Source of the DNA: a virus
IMG/VR virus record: IMGVR_UViG_3300034111_001103
Coordinates: 64,001 to 128,000 of that record
Direction: 5' to 3' (one strand)
DNA length: 64,000 bases
Notes under the pieces: generated by a model
Told to the model about the DNA's origin: nothing
The model's database searches: none
The model's input: only the letters and a program-made list of their open reading frames with translations
Shown: piece by piece, positions 1 through 8,771 of the stretch
Position numbering within the stretch: the first letter of the stretch is position 1
How the letters are laid out: every line of letters starts with the position of its first letter
Program-made: the position numbers and the translations under genes

Positions 1-32
1 TTTACATAAAAAAGTTATCAACATTTTATAAC

Positions 33-254
33 TTATTGATTTTCAAACACACTAGTTTCTATATAGAAATATTTAGGTTTTGATTTTTGATCTTCAGGAA
101 ACATTTTTAAGTACCAACCATTTTGTTTTAAATGGTTTTGTAACCAAAGATTTTTCATTACAATATTATACACTAATTCTACTTCATCTTCCCTACAACT
201 AAAACTAGAATATTGTTTATCCTCTTGTAAATCTTTAAATTCTGTTAATTTCAT
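33..254 (-). CDS. hypothetical protein
   Basis: 73-aa ORF, last in the co-oriented minus-strand block. Confidence 0.6.
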   Translation of the reverse strand: MKLTEFKDLQEDKQYSSFSCREDEVELVYNIVMKNLWLQNHLKQNGWYLKMFPEDQKSKPKYFYIETSVFENQ

Positions 255-279
255 ATTTTTGATTTTTAGTTATTTTTAG

Positions 280-351
280 TTTTCTCTTTAGGATTTGAAC
301 CTAAATTTCCTCAGTCAAAGTGAGGTATCCTGCCAATTAGATGAAGAGAAA
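280..351 (-). tRNA. tRNA-Gln (anticodon TTG)
   Basis: Minus strand folds as acceptor TTTCTCT/AGAGAAA, D-arm ATCT..GGAT, anticodon arm CCTCA-CT-TTG-AC-TGAGG, T-arm TTAGG-TTCAAAT-CCTAA; CCA not encoded. Confidence 0.9.
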
Positions 352-358
352 ATATATT

Positions 359-724
359 TTATTCAGAACAAAAACTTATTATTTTATAAAATCTAGTACC
401 TTTCTTTATAGTTACAGGATTACAACTATCTGTTAGTAATTTAAATCTATTAGGGTAAGCTACACAAAATATAGAAATTACAGGATTACTTTGATAAGTT
501 TCAAGTCTTTCTCCTGTTTTAAATACAAACCCATCTAAATAAAAAGTAGAACAATCTTCCACAGTAACATCTTCTAACACTTTATACCCTCCTAAATTTA
601 AATTTTCTATTTCTTCTTGTAATTTAGAGATTCTAATATCTAAATTTTTAATAGAATGTTCTAAAAGTTCTTCTTTAGTACAATTGCAATTTCTATCCCA
701 ACATCTTCCACAAGCTATTTTCAT
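359..724 (-). CDS. hypothetical protein with N-terminal Cys cluster (CxxC-x4-CxC)
   Basis: ORF track, operon-like spacing. Confidence 0.7.
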   Translation of the reverse strand: MKIACGRCWDRNCNCTKEELLEHSIKNLDIRISKLQEEIENLNLGGYKVLEDVTVEDCSTFYLDGFVFKTGERLETYQSNPVISIFCVAYPNRFKLLTDSCNPVTIKKGTRFYKIISFCSE

Positions 725-735
725 AATCTTATACT

Positions 736-1191
736 TTAATTTATATTTAATAATTCTTTAGTTATATATCTAAATTCATTAATACTTGGACATATACCAT
801 GATAAACAGGATAACTATTCCAACTGCTATTTTTTGTTATAACTATTGTTTTAAATCCAAATCTGTTACCATCCCCCGTTATTATTAGGGTAAAACTAAT
901 ACTATCTGTATTTTTAATATCATAAATAAAAGAATTAGAATCTTTAGAATATACCCAACCTTCAGATTCTATTTGTTCTTTAGTTAGGTAAAGTGTCCTA
1001 AACTCTGCATAACCATCATCATGAGCTATAACAATATCATCTAAATCTGGACAATAAACACCCTCTTCATCCTTTAACCTTGTATTTAAAGGTATAAATT
1101 CTTCAGAATACCCTCTACTCCAATTTACTTCACATTCATAGCCAATCCTAATATCTGTAATTTTAGGTGTATAGTATAATTCTTTTTCCAT
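736..1191 (-). CDS. hypothetical phage protein, paralog of 57103..57558
   Basis: Shared YY.P..D..G.E.E, LTKE.IE.EGWVY and G.C..IN.F..LLNI blocks. Confidence 0.8.
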   Translation of the reverse strand: MEKELYYTPKITDIRIGYECEVNWSRGYSEEFIPLNTRLKDEEGVYCPDLDDIVIAHDDGYAEFRTLYLTKEQIESEGWVYSKDSNSFIYDIKNTDSISFTLIITGDGNRFGFKTIVITKNSSWNSYPVYHGICPSINEFRYITKELLNIN

Positions 1192-1192
1192 A

Positions 1193-1564
1193 TTATATAA
1201 TACTTGTTAAGTTAAAGCTACAAAAACCTAATTCTCTAGCATCAAGAGAATCTCCATCAAAACCAGAAGTTTGAACCCTAAACATTTGTAACATATCTAC
1301 TTCTTTATTCATAAGTTTCAATACTATTTTATCTTTTAAAATTTCTTCAGGATTAGAGACAAACATTTTAAAATAACAATTATCCCCCACAATATCTATT
1401 TCTACTCTATCATATTTAATAATAACACCCTCTCTAAAATCTACCATAAAGGTTTTCTTCTTTATAAGATGGTTTAGTAAAAGTTCTAAATTTTCATTTA
1501 AGTTAGACTTAGGTTTTAAGTCAAACATAAAACTATCAAACTCTATTTTTCCTTGTAATATCAT
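1193..1564 (-). CDS. hypothetical protein
   Basis: ORF track, tight spacing. Confidence 0.7.
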   Translation of the reverse strand: MILQGKIEFDSFMFDLKPKSNLNENLELLLNHLIKKKTFMVDFREGVIIKYDRVEIDIVGDNCYFKMFVSNPEEILKDKIVLKLMNKEVDMLQMFRVQTSGFDGDSLDARELGFCSFNLTSII

Positions 1565-1569
1565 TTTCT

Positions 1570-1878
1570 TTATAATTTTATTGTTCCTATAATTAATTCA
1601 CTTACATAAATATCTGGATAATTGATTATATAATATGACCCACTTTTAAATCCATAGTAACCAATTATTACTTTATCTAAAACTTCTGTTTTAGAAAGAC
1701 CTTCATAGGAAAAAGAAGTATGAACTTTGCCATTAGAATCTACCACTTTATCCTTATAACTAATAGTTTTCCAAAATAATCCATATTTCTTCTCTTGTAA
1801 AAAATAAACCCTTTCCATTTTTTCAGTATTAGTATTAAACATATCTTGTATAATATACCTAATTTTAATTTTTTTCAT
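1570..1878 (-). CDS. hypothetical protein
   Basis: First ORF after the minus-strand promoter. Confidence 0.7.
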   Translation of the reverse strand: MKKIKIRYIIQDMFNTNTEKMERVYFLQEKKYGLFWKTISYKDKVVDSNGKVHTSFSYEGLSKTEVLDKVIIGYYGFKSGSYYIINYPDIYVSELIIGTIKL

Positions 1879-1912
1879 ATTAATTATGATTTTTATTTTA
1901 TATTTAAAACCC

Positions 1913-1944
1913 CAAAGATAATACTTTTATACTATATATACAAA
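1913..1944 (-). promoter_or_regulatory. Bacteroidota -33/-7 promoter
   Basis: Minus strand TTTG-N20-TATCTTTG matches the TTTG/TAnnTTTG consensus. Confidence 0.75.
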
Positions 1945-2172
1945 TATATTTATACTTTTCTTTGTTTTTATCCCCCTATACTTAGTTTTTATAAAAAGAG
2001 ACCCCCCCTACCCCATTTTACTTTTTTTTTGTTTTTTGAAAATGTTAAATGTGTAGGTGAATTGGAACCTGGTCACCATTACTACCCCTATTCAAAATTA
2101 GGGTTTGGGTATACCGCCTATGAATGTAGGGGATATTTGAATTTTTAAATAAATATTTAAATTTTAAACAAA

Positions 2173-2604
2173 ATGGCAACAGTTATTTTAAAAGGTGCAA
2201 GACTTAGTAATAATCCTGAAACTAAGACTATAGCAAATGAACAAGGAGTAAATGGATTAGTAAATGTTACTAGCAGTGGTAAACAGTTTTATCAAACAGA
2301 CGTGACATTGTTGAATGGATTAACACCTGTAAACAAAACTCACACAGTTTGGGCTGATGATAATGGAAAATTTCCAGTATCTGTAGCAGAGTACAATGAA
2401 ATGTACAAGGGAGAGAAAACACAAGGTAGACTTGTAAGATTTGATGAAATCCCAACATACGAGGTTGAGGGTAAAGAATTCAACCATGTAACATTACTTG
2501 TAATGGAGGGAGAATCTGAGAGTGCAGTGATTGCAGGTTGGATTAAGAGAAATGAAAGAGCAGAAACATCTGTAAATAGTATGAAAGTAGAAGTGGACAT
2601 GTAG
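2173..2604 (+). CDS. hypothetical early protein (beta-rich, possibly nucleic-acid binding)
   Basis: 143-aa ORF, first plus-strand gene, higher GC than its surroundings, followed by hairpins. Confidence 0.75.
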   Translation: MATVILKGARLSNNPETKTIANEQGVNGLVNVTSSGKQFYQTDVTLLNGLTPVNKTHTVWADDNGKFPVSVAEYNEMYKGEKTQGRLVRFDEIPTYEVEGKEFNHVTLLVMEGESESAVIAGWIKRNERAETSVNSMKVEVDM

Positions 2605-2632
2605 TCCACTTTCTCTTTCTTTTGAAAGTTAT

Positions 2633-2678
2633 CCTCTACAATACTATAGTAATATAGTGTTGTGGAGGGTATTTTTAT
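2633..2678 (+). terminator. intrinsic terminator with GTAA loop
   Basis: CCTCTACAATACTATA-GTAA-TATAGTGTTGTGGAGG followed by T-rich tail. Confidence 0.7.
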
Positions 2679-2689
2679 TAATGCATCAT

Positions 2690-2920
2690 AACTCTATTCC
2701 CAAGGTAGAGCAAGTTGTAATATAATAAAGCCATATCATATCCTATGCAGTATAGTAAAGTGTACACTTTATGATTCTGTTGGTTGAGGTTAATAAATTA
2801 TTACAACTTGAATGCAGAGGGATAAAACAAAAAACTTAATAACTTTCCAAGTTGTTGAGGACACCAGTTTCTTATACTATATACCAGGGGAATTGCGTAT
2901 AAGTTTTAGGTGTAAAACAC
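2690..2920 (+). ncRNA. putative structured non-coding RNA(s)
   Basis: 12-bp IR 2711-2722/2799-2810; second multi-stem hairpin 2853-2919 (TGTT/AACA, ACACC/GGTGT, CTTATAC/GTATAAG); no ORF. Confidence 0.45.
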
Positions 2921-2924
2921 AAAA

Positions 2925-2968
2925 AACCTACTCTTATTATTAATATATAGGAGTAGGTTAATTTTTTG
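2925..2968 (+). terminator. intrinsic terminator
   Basis: AACCTACTC...GAGTAGGTT stem then T-run. Confidence 0.6.
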
Positions 2969-3019
2969 TCTACTTTTACTTTATTTTTTTAAACTCAATA
3001 AACAAACAATTTAAAAATC

Positions 3020-3274
3020 ATGAAAACTATATTATTAGATGAATTTACAAATACAATAGCTGTAGCTTGTTCAGAAGAGCAATGTATAATTAATTATTTT
3101 GACACTGTAGAACATGCTCTTAAAATGTATTCTGATGCAATAATTGACTCTGATTTAGATAAAATTAATATTAGTATTGATAATAATTCTGTTATTATTA
3201 CACTTACTAATCAAAAATTAATCCTAAATAAAGAACAAGCTTATATTTTAAGAAGTGTTCTTGAATCTATTTAA
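3020..3274 (+). CDS. hypothetical protein
   Basis: ORF with A-rich leader. Confidence 0.7.
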   Translation: MKTILLDEFTNTIAVACSEEQCIINYFDTVEHALKMYSDAIIDSDLDKINISIDNNSVIITLTNQKLILNKEQAYILRSVLESI

Positions 3275-3514
3275 GTTTTTGAGTTTTAGGGGAGATAATA
3301 TCAAACCTAAACTCAATTATTTTTAAAGAACTCAATGTTTATAGGTTAAACAAAATGTAGTCATTTTAGGCTATTTTGAGGAAATAAATTGTTTTTCTCC
3401 TAGAGAAAAATTTACTTTTTACTCATTTTAGTCATATTTTGTTTAACTCTTTTTACATAACTAATTGATAATCAAGTATAGCATATTTTAGAGTATTAAA
3501 CAGTTTATATTTTG

Positions 3515-3589
3515 CTAAAAATATTAGCAATTTACTAAAAATATTAGTAAAATAGTTAGTTTTTTAGTTTAAAATGCTAAAAATATTAG
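3515..3589. repeat. three CTAAAAATATTAG direct repeats (iteron/operator-like)
   Basis: Copies at 3515-3527, 3535-3547 and 3577-3589. Confidence 0.7.
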
Positions 3590-3832
3590 TAGAGGAGTAC
3601 CAGGTTACCCTCTATCCTGTTTATCTACTTTAAAACTTTACTATAATACATAATAGTTTTACTATAGTGAAATAATATTTTATATTATGTTTGGTAGCAT
3701 TACTACTCTATATATTGTATTGATTATCAATACTTTATGTTCTTTTTACCCTAAAAATACACTATTTTAGCTAAATTTGCTATTATATGTTGTGTTAATA
3801 TTATTTATATATTATACCTATATATATATTTT

Positions 3833-4002
3833 CCCTTTTGTACTAGCTTATTCTCATAAAATAAGTAGTTGTAATATGTAACCTAGATATACTACTTAGG
3901 TGAATTACAAATAGGAGTAGAGTAAATAAGTCAATGTATCAAGAAGCAAGGCTTGAAGTAAATACTTTGATGGTATCTCTATTACAACTAAGTACAAAAG
4001 GG
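3833..4002 (+). ncRNA. putative structured non-coding RNA
   Basis: Nested IRs 3833-3844/3991-4002 (12 bp) and 3866-3876/3980-3990 (11 bp). Confidence 0.45.
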
Positions 4003-4259
4003 GTTAATTTTAATTTTAAATATATATATACTTCTGGGAGGAGTTATAAAACCTAAATTTTCAATATCATGAAAAACTTTATATTTCTTATCTTATTAAT
4101 AATAATATTCATAGTAATATTATTTCCTGTTATACTAGCATTTGCTGTAGGAAACTATTGGCTCATACTATTATATATTGTTTGGTGGATACCAGGACTT
4201 GTATTAGTAAACTTTTGTGTAGAATTATCTAAAAATCTTTAAACTTTAAAATAAAAAAA

Positions 4260-4451
4260 ATGAAAATATTACTTACTTTATTCCTATTATTCCATATATT
4301 ATATTTATCTATAGTATTAATGAATATATTCTTTATTTGGTTTTATAATACTATAGAAGAAACAAATAGTAGAAATGATAGTATAGATATTATAAACTAT
4401 CAAAAGGCTTTAAATCCAATTTATTTAATTCAAATTATAAAAAAATTTTAA
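4260..4451 (+). CDS. small membrane protein
   Basis: Hydrophobic N-terminal half; similar short hydrophobic ORFs start near 4069 and 4454. Confidence 0.6.
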   Translation: MKILLTLFLLFHILYLSIVLMNIFFIWFYNTIEETNSRNDSIDIINYQKALNPIYLIQIIKKF

Positions 4452-4660
4452 AAATGATAACATTATCTATATTACTAGGAATACTATATTTTTGTTCTGG
4501 ATATTATTTATTTAGAACTGAATTTAATAGTACAAATTTATATTATCCTGCTTATATGTTTTTTTGGGTAACAACAGTATGTATAGGATTTGGTATACTA
4601 TACTTAATAAGCATATATTTACCTTAAAAATCAATTATTAAAAATAAACTAAAAAAAAAA

Positions 4661-5077
4661 ATGAACAAAATACAAGCAAGAAATATGTTAGAAATAGTTG
4701 TAAAACATTTCTCTAAAAATCCTAAAGAATTAAGATGTTTATCTGCTAATGGTAATTGTAATTATTCTTATCAAAAAAATAAACCTAAGTCTTCAGGATG
4801 TGCAATAGGTATATTTTTACCTAATGATTTATGTTTAGAAATGGATGATTCTAGTAATACTGATATTAAAAGTATTCTTGATAATCCAGATTTATATAAA
4901 AAGTTACCAAAATGGATGCAAAGTATGGACAGTAGTTTTTTAGAAAAATTACAAATTTTACATGATGCCAATTATTATTGGACTAAAACTGACATATCTA
5001 AAGGAGGTAAAGAATGGGTTAATGATATTATTAATTCACATAATTTAGGTAAACCTATGTTTAGAGTTACTACTTAA
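4661..5077 (+). CDS. hypothetical phage protein (C.Y..CAIG..LQ.LHD type)
   Basis: Cys/His pattern typical of small phage proteins. Confidence 0.75.
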   Translation: MNKIQARNMLEIVVKHFSKNPKELRCLSANGNCNYSYQKNKPKSSGCAIGIFLPNDLCLEMDDSSNTDIKSILDNPDLYKKLPKWMQSMDSSFLEKLQILHDANYYWTKTDISKGGKEWVNDIINSHNLGKPMFRVTT

Positions 5078-5315
5078 AAAATCAATTATTTATAAACAAA
5101 TTTAAAAACAAAAAAAAATTAATAAAAATGAAAAGATCATATAACAAAAAAACAAACATTTGGAAATTCTCTCTATCTTGGACAATGTCTAAAATAATTG
5201 AATTTGTTAACAGACAAATAACTAAAGGAGCAAAACTAATAAAAGATTATACCTCTCAAAAAGGTAAAATATCTTTTGCTCTCCAATATTCTTAATTTTT
5301 TAAACTATAATTACA

Positions 5316-5513
5316 ATGGAATTAGAAGAAATAATAGAATTATTTTCTATAAATAAAGATAAATCTAAATTTATAGAGTATTTAAAAGAAATATATTTAA
5401 ATATATCAGATAATCAATTAGAACAAATTAATGAATTATTAAATATGTTTAATAAATTTAGAACTTATTCTACTGATGAATTGTTAGTAGATATTAAATC
5501 AATATTAAACTAA
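5316..5513 (+). CDS. hypothetical protein
   Basis: ORF track. Confidence 0.6.
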   Translation: MELEEIIELFSINKDKSKFIEYLKEIYLNISDNQLEQINELLNMFNKFRTYSTDELLVDIKSILN

Positions 5514-5524
5514 CTAAAAACACT

Positions 5525-6102
5525 TAAACATTTCTACTATACTTAAATGTATAAATTGTCAAACAAATAAAAATGTGATTAATTATAAAATAGCCAGTTA
5601 TAAGACAACATAAAGCTGTTGTATATGAAATAATTAGCTAATAAAGTAATATTTGCAAAAACTGTGATATAATTACAAATAGCCATTTGAGTTGTAACAA
5701 TTGTAGAAATGTTTATTTCTTTAAAAAAGTAATAAAATATTGTATTAGAGAGAAAGTTCTGGAAGCTCTAAATAAAGTTAATTCCAGGTTGTTTACTTAA
5801 ATTTTAAATGCTATAGGCTAATAAAATTAATAAGAAGAACTTATAAACAAACAATATTTTATTATCTTTAAAATTTTAGACAATTATTCTGTATATAATT
5901 TATAATTAAACAAATAATACTTGGTGATTTAACACCCTAATGGTCTGATTGCAAGGACTCCATGAACAGAGTCATGGAATATTATTAACATAATCCAAAA
6001 TGTTTACGTTTAATATAAATATACTAAATTACAGCTGAGAATACCTAGAGTAGCTGCTAGGAAGTAGTCCTATTTGGAAAGGATATATACAGATAATTGT
6101 CT
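5525..6102 (+). ncRNA. three consecutive stem-enclosed putative RNA domains
   Basis: IRs 5525-5537/5703-5715 (13 bp), 5730-5743/5851-5864 (14 bp), 5878-5897/6084-6102 (19 bp, one bulge). Confidence 0.5.
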
Positions 6103-6825
6103 TTTCTTTAAAAAATTAAAATAAATAAAATGTTTAAAAAAATAGAAACCATTTATCAAAAAAGAGTTAAAACTTATTTAGATGGGGACATTAAACATAC
6201 AGAAACTTATAGATTAAGTAAATATTACTTTCTTTTTATACTAATATATAGTAAAGAAGAAGTATTATCGCATAATTTATAAAAAATTTATGGGGGTGAA
6301 AGGTATAGATTGGACACAAAAGTTTAGAAATTAAGCAAGTGGTAGTATGATTACACTTTAAAAATTACATATAATCAATAAGTGCAGAGAAATCTGATTT
6401 TAGTTTTGAAGATGCAATGAATTTTGTATCTACAGAAGAGCTTGTAGTAGCTTAGTAACAGAATACTACAAATTGTTTTTTCTTATTTTTCTTAAAAAAT
6501 AAGATGGTGGTAGTCTAACCCTCTGTGGTTGGTCCCAATTCTTTATTGGAATCTAAAGTAGTAAGATAAACTTTGATTATCCTAAGCTTATAAATAAATT
6601 TCTTTATAATTGGCGTAACAAGACTTGGGTTTAAATTTGGACCCACATAATAGGGATATTATGTTAAAAATTGGATGAATTCAGGGAAAACTGTGTCAGA
6701 AATGATATGTCAATCCTGAGCCAAGTTAAGAATAAATTCTTAAAAGGTGCAACGACTACCTGAGTAGTAAATCTACTTAATAACAGGCAAGAGCTTCCAA
6801 CATCTAGAACAGATGATGATATAGT

Positions 6826-7395
6826 CTAATCTAAAGGGAAACCTTTAGTTAAATAATTTTTAGTTATTAATTTACACACTAATAAAGTTTCTTCATGTGA
6901 CATAGTATGTTTCATATAATTAATTGATTGAGAAACATATTGAATATTACCTTTTATGTAACCTAAAGAAGAATCAATTCTATCTAAAGAAGCTAAATGT
7001 ATTATATCTTTCTTTTTATTGATATGACTATTTAATATTAAAGATATTCCTGAGTATATACAAATACCATTTTGTATATCCCATTGTTCTTTTAAATCTT
7101 CTAATGTTAAATTACATTCTTTAAATCTACTTTTAGCACATTTTAAATAAAATTTAAATGGATTAAAAGATTTTAATTTATTTCTTTCTATAGTACTTAA
7201 TCTTGATTTTTCTTTAGAATCTTTAGATAATATAGTCTTTTCTACAAAATGTAACCCTGTACATTCTCTAGAACAAAAAGATTTTCTATTTAATCTAACA
7301 TTTCTTAAATATTCAGTTTCAGGTTTTTCATATGAATTACCACAATGATCACAATTAACTTTTATTAATCTTCGATTTTCTTTATATTTTTGCAT
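6826..7395 (-). CDS. intron-encoded HNH-like homing endonuclease (antisense to intron)
   Basis: CxxC..FCSxxC N-terminus; QNGICIYSG..SLDRIDSSLGY..GN..N beta-beta-alpha-metal-type motif. Confidence 0.8.
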   Translation of the reverse strand: MQKYKENRRLIKVNCDHCGNSYEKPETEYLRNVRLNRKSFCSRECTGLHFVEKTILSKDSKEKSRLSTIERNKLKSFNPFKFYLKCAKSRFKECNLTLEDLKEQWDIQNGICIYSGISLILNSHINKKKDIIHLASLDRIDSSLGYIKGNIQYVSQSINYMKHTMSHEETLLVCKLITKNYLTKGFPLD

Positions 7396-7398
7396 ATG

Positions 7399-7430
7399 TA
7401 AATATAATCAAAATTTAATTAATAAACAAA
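7399..7430 (-). promoter_or_regulatory. Bacteroidota-type promoter for the intron endonuclease
   Basis: Minus strand TTTG-N20-TATATTTA ending 3 nt before the ATG. Confidence 0.6.
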
Positions 7431-7513
7431 TTATTATTTAAAATTGCGAATCCCAACATCTCCACTTAACTAGTTGATTTATAATCAATTAGTGTTTTGT
7501 TTTTCATTTTTAT

Positions 7514-7547
7514 CCTCCTATTATAGTAATATAGTAGGGGGTTTTTA
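7514..7547 (+). terminator. terminator after tmRNA
   Basis: CCTCCTATTATA-GTAA-TATAGTAGGGGG then T-run. Confidence 0.75.
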
Positions 7548-7632
7548 ATGAAAAATATATTATTAAAATTTGTATTTTTTGCAAGTTTTAATGATTTAGT
7601 ATTATTTAACAATTTAAAAAATCTTAAAAAAA

Positions 7633-7884
7633 ATGAAACAAAAAACTTTTTACATAATCCTTTTAATAGGATTTTTATGTATAATGACTCTTATGTCATT
7701 TGCTTCTACAGATACTACTTATATAACTAAAGACTCTACATTAGTACTAAAAACTATTAATATAGAACTTTATAAAGAAAGAGTTCAAAATCCTAATAGT
7801 TTTGATAAATTATATATTTATCAAAGAAAAGATAGATTTGGTTATTATAAAGAATTTGTATTTTATAAAAAACTTAAAAATTAA
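7633..7884 (+). CDS. hypothetical exported/membrane protein
   Basis: Signal-peptide-like N-terminus. Confidence 0.65.
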   Translation: MKQKTFYIILLIGFLCIMTLMSFASTDTTYITKDSTLVLKTINIELYKERVQNPNSFDKLYIYQRKDRFGYYKEFVFYKKLKN

Positions 7885-7942
7885 AAAAATAAAACAATAG
7901 TTATTCTTAAACAATATTAAATTAAATTAAAAAACAAAAATT

Positions 7943-8449
7943 ATGGCAACTAAATCAACAAGTAAAAAAGGAACAACAACAGTAGCAACAGTAAACACTA
8001 CATCATTAGTAATTCCTAAAAACAGTCAAGAAGTATCTGTAACTATAGAACAATTAAAAACTCAATTAGCAATATTAAAAGGTGATAGAGAAGATTCTAT
8101 ATCTTTAGATATTAGTTATGATAATGGAGATAATATTAAAAACGTGAATACTGTAGGAAGACTTTTAGAAATATCTTCTGCATTACATACAAGAAATGAT
8201 TCTTATAATAGAGAAGTAGAAAGATATGGTCTACAAGACAAAAATATAGCTCCTTTTAAAGTAGCTAATAAAACAGTTTCTGAATGGGAAAAGATTATAG
8301 ATAAAGCAATTCATGAATTAATCAATAAAGTAAAAATTGAAAAAATTGAATCTGCTATTAAAAATCTTTCTAAACACCTCTCTGAAGAAGAAAGATTAGC
8401 TAATGATTTAAAATCAATAGCAGAATCTGTAACAGAATATATACAATAA
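7943..8449 (+). CDS. coiled-coil hypothetical protein
   Basis: Helical heptads; MATK..SKK N-terminus shared with 17433. Confidence 0.8.
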   Translation: MATKSTSKKGTTTVATVNTTSLVIPKNSQEVSVTIEQLKTQLAILKGDREDSISLDISYDNGDNIKNVNTVGRLLEISSALHTRNDSYNREVERYGLQDKNIAPFKVANKTVSEWEKIIDKAIHELINKVKIEKIESAIKNLSKHLSEEERLANDLKSIAESVTEYIQ

Positions 8450-8470
8450 TTTTTCATTTTTATAAAGTTT

Positions 8471-8516
8471 CCCTACTTAGTAAATTAAAAAAAGCTAAGT
8501 AGGGTTTTTTCTTTTT
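8471..8516 (+). terminator. intrinsic terminator
   Basis: CCCTACTTAG...CTAAGTAGGG followed by T7. Confidence 0.7.
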
Positions 8517-8540
8517 AAAATCAAAAAAAAACATAAAAAT

Positions 8541-8771
8541 ATGAAAAAAGAAAATTATGTATATACAGAAAAAGATATTTATGTAGGACTTCAATTTACT
8601 ACTGTTGATAATACTTATAAGATAACTAATATATATCCTTTTAAATTCATAAATACTGGAGATAATTATGAATTTTCTAGATATAGTATTAAAGAATGTT
8701 TGTATTATTTTAATAACAATGATTGGACTCCTATAATACCTAAACCTCAAAATATAGAGTTATGGATATAA
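8541..8771 (+). CDS. small protein ending IELWI
   Basis: ORF; end overlaps the next ATG. Confidence 0.75.
   Translation: MKKENYVYTEKDIYVGLQFTTVDNTYKITNIYPFKFINTGDNYEFSRYSIKECLYYFNNNDWTPIIPKPQNIELWI

Larger units (their letters stand above)
6632..7446 (+). mobile_element. group I intron in the tmRNA T-loop
   Basis: P1 GGGTT/GACCC with U.G at the splice site; core GAATTCAGGGAAA, AATCCTGAGCCAAG, GCAACGACTA, GATATAGTCTA; terminal G at 7446. Confidence 0.9.
6292..7464 (+). ncRNA. ssrA: tmRNA, intron-interrupted (exon 1 6292-6631, exon 2 7447-7464)
   Basis: 5' GGGGGTG pairs with 3' CATCTCC-A including the G3:U alanine determinant; spliced T-arm TTGGG-TTCGAAT-CCCAA; tag frame 6384-6455 AEKSDFSFEDAMNFVSTEELVVA*. 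Confidence 0.9.

Noticed and set aside
1846-2148. 100-aa plus-strand ORF
   Set aside because: Low-complexity translation across the promoter/divergence region
2690-2830. Twister-like ribozyme (TCCCAAG loop, GCAGAGGGA)
   Set aside because: Fragments resemble twister elements, but their order does not fit any permutation I can build; kept only as an unassigned structure
3515-3589. CRISPR array
   Set aside because: Repeats are 13 bp with 7- and 29-nt gaps; no cas genes
5528-5712. Cas12a repeat mimic (ATTTCTACTAT..TGTAGA)
   Set aside because: The halves are about 165 nt apart and are explained by the closing inverted repeat
17-7480. Scattered IHF-like WATCAA-N4-TTR boxes as a system
   Set aside because: Expected fairly often by chance at this AT content; only the pair flanking the 3.5 kb repeats is mentioned
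7548-7730. 60-aa ORF
   Set aside because: Overlaps the better-supported 7633 ORF in another frame
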